Of a DNA stretch of 64,000 bases, positions 62,535 to 64,000 are shown one piece after another; position 1 is the first letter of the stretch, and each line of letters begins with the position of its first letter. The stretch covers positions 62,001 to 126,000 of the forward strand of contig NW_003314348.1 in NCBI RefSeq assembly GCF_000143415.4, read 5' to 3'. A model generated the notes under the pieces. That model saw only the letters and a program-made list of their open reading frames with translations, had not been told where the DNA came from and did no database searches. Position numbers and translations under genes: made by a program. Origin of the DNA: Selaginella moellendorffii. Its lineage: Eukaryota; Plantae; Lycopodiophyta.

Positions 62535-64000
62535 TCAATCATCTAGTCTTTGGAGAAGCAAGGGCATGCCGTGCAGCGGCTGGAGCGCGATCCGGTGTAC
62601 GGGGCTGTGCCGGTAATTGGGCGATAGCTGGAAGCTAAATCTCTGTAAGATCATGGCGACGGCGATCTTGGCTTCGGTGTGGGCGAAGGATTGGCCCAGG
62701 CACACGCGCTGGCCTTGGGAGAATGGGAGAAATGCGAAGAGGTGCTGTGTCTTGGAGGCGCTGGAGATGCCGTCCGCAAAGCGCTCGGGTCTAAACTCGT
62801 TGGCGTCGTCGCCCCAGATGTCCTTGTCGTGGAGGAGGTAGAGAATGGGGATGATCACTCCGCTCCCTTCCGGGAATGACAAATGCCCAAGCTTGGCATC
62901 TTTGAAGCAGCTCCGGACGATGGCAACGGCAGGAGAATACAATCGCAAGCTCTCGTTGAGCACCATCCCGACCTGGATTCGCCATAGCTATAGAGTTTAG
63001 AGGAGAAGTCCAAGAAAGAACAAAGAACTTACGATCTTTAGCTTGCTTAAGCTCTCGGCATCTGGTGCTTGGGACTGGCAGACTTGGCGGACTTCTTCTC
63101 GGGCTCGCTCCTGCCAGGATGGATTTATGGCGAGGAGCATCATCGTCCATGCCAGCCACTTAGCCGAGGTCTCCTGTCCCGCGATGTAGAACGTCTTGCA
63201 TTCCTCCATCAAGCCGTCAATGGTGAAGGAGAGCCCGGTCTTTGCATCATAGTGCTCCGCGTCGACTTCCTTGAGCATCACTCCGAGGAGATCACTTCCA
63301 TAGCCCTCGATCTCTCCCGCCGCCGTTTGATCCTTCCGGACTTGGACAATCTCTTCCAGTGTCGAGCGCACCTCGGCATTGACGGCTTTGATATCGCGGT
63401 TGATCTTGGAGAATGGAAGCTTGCTGTGATGGAGTTTGTAAGAGACAAGTTCAAGTGCGAAGTCTATACCTCTGTATCCATAGCGATGAAAATTTGCGGT
63501 AGACGAGCTCGCCCACTTGATCCAGCAGCTCGAAAACTCTGTGGCCCTGCTTGTAGCTGCTGCCAAATGCCGCTCGAGAGATAATGTCCGACGTTAGTGT
63601 AATGAGCTCCTTGCAAACTTCCAGTTCGATGGGCTCTTCTTTGCCTTCTGTGAGAGCATTCCATTTCGCCAGCATGTCTGCTACGCAATCTCGCATGCCG
63701 CCGACCATGAGCTACAAGATTTTATGTCAAGAGAAGAACTTTGGAGTGATTTTCGCTCGCTTGCCTTGATCTTGTCGGCGTGAAAGGCCGGTGCGAGGAT
63801 GCGACGCCTCAACGCCCACTCGTCTCCATTCACGACGGCCATGCCTCGGCCCAGGAGATCGATCTGGAGCTGACGCTGCCAGTTGGAGTTCCAAAACGCT
63901 CCAGCCTTGTTGTAGAGCACCTCTTTGATCATGTCGAGGTCCGTAAGAACAACGCCAGGCTCGCTTCCCCACCACCACCGCAATGGTTGTCCTGGAAGAG
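62535..64000 (-). CDS. Cytochrome P450, CYP72 clan (CYP709/72/734-like); 5' end outside the window
   Basis: NGDEWALRRRILAPAFH, LTSDIISRAAFGSSY, EECKTFYIAGQETS, ESLRLYSP, FRPERF, FSQGQRVCLGQSFA. Confidence 0.93.

Overview
Plant nuclear DNA with compact genes and very short introns. The style and a DYW:WW-type PPR suggest a lycophyte such as Selaginella (inference). The left two thirds hold a CAD gene, an ATG-less MRG gene copy and a nested transposon pile. Two decayed short-LTR Ty3/gypsy copies lie at 1632-6306 and 12677-39719. The second contains a decayed chromovirus (14232-36396, TSD GTAGA). That chromovirus in turn contains (i) a 7.4 kb TIR DNA transposon with a Sola-like transposase remnant, a ParB/Srx-like second gene and about 12 dispersed copies of a 20-bp palindrome, and (ii) a 7.4 kb non-coding LTR element (TSD GATAC) whose ~4 kb interior reads as an almost unbroken chain of RNA stem-loops. 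The right third is gene-dense: metaxin, an AVT1-like amino acid transporter, two PPR-DYW editing factors, a DUF4408/DUF761-like gene, the intact MRG copy (inverted duplicate), a frameshifted GH28 polygalacturonase, a CYP72-clan P450 plus a pseudogene fragment, and a foldback element. The best candidates for something undescribed are the hairpin-array LTR element and the ParB-like/palindrome-bearing TIR transposon. All calls were made by eye, without searches or folding software.
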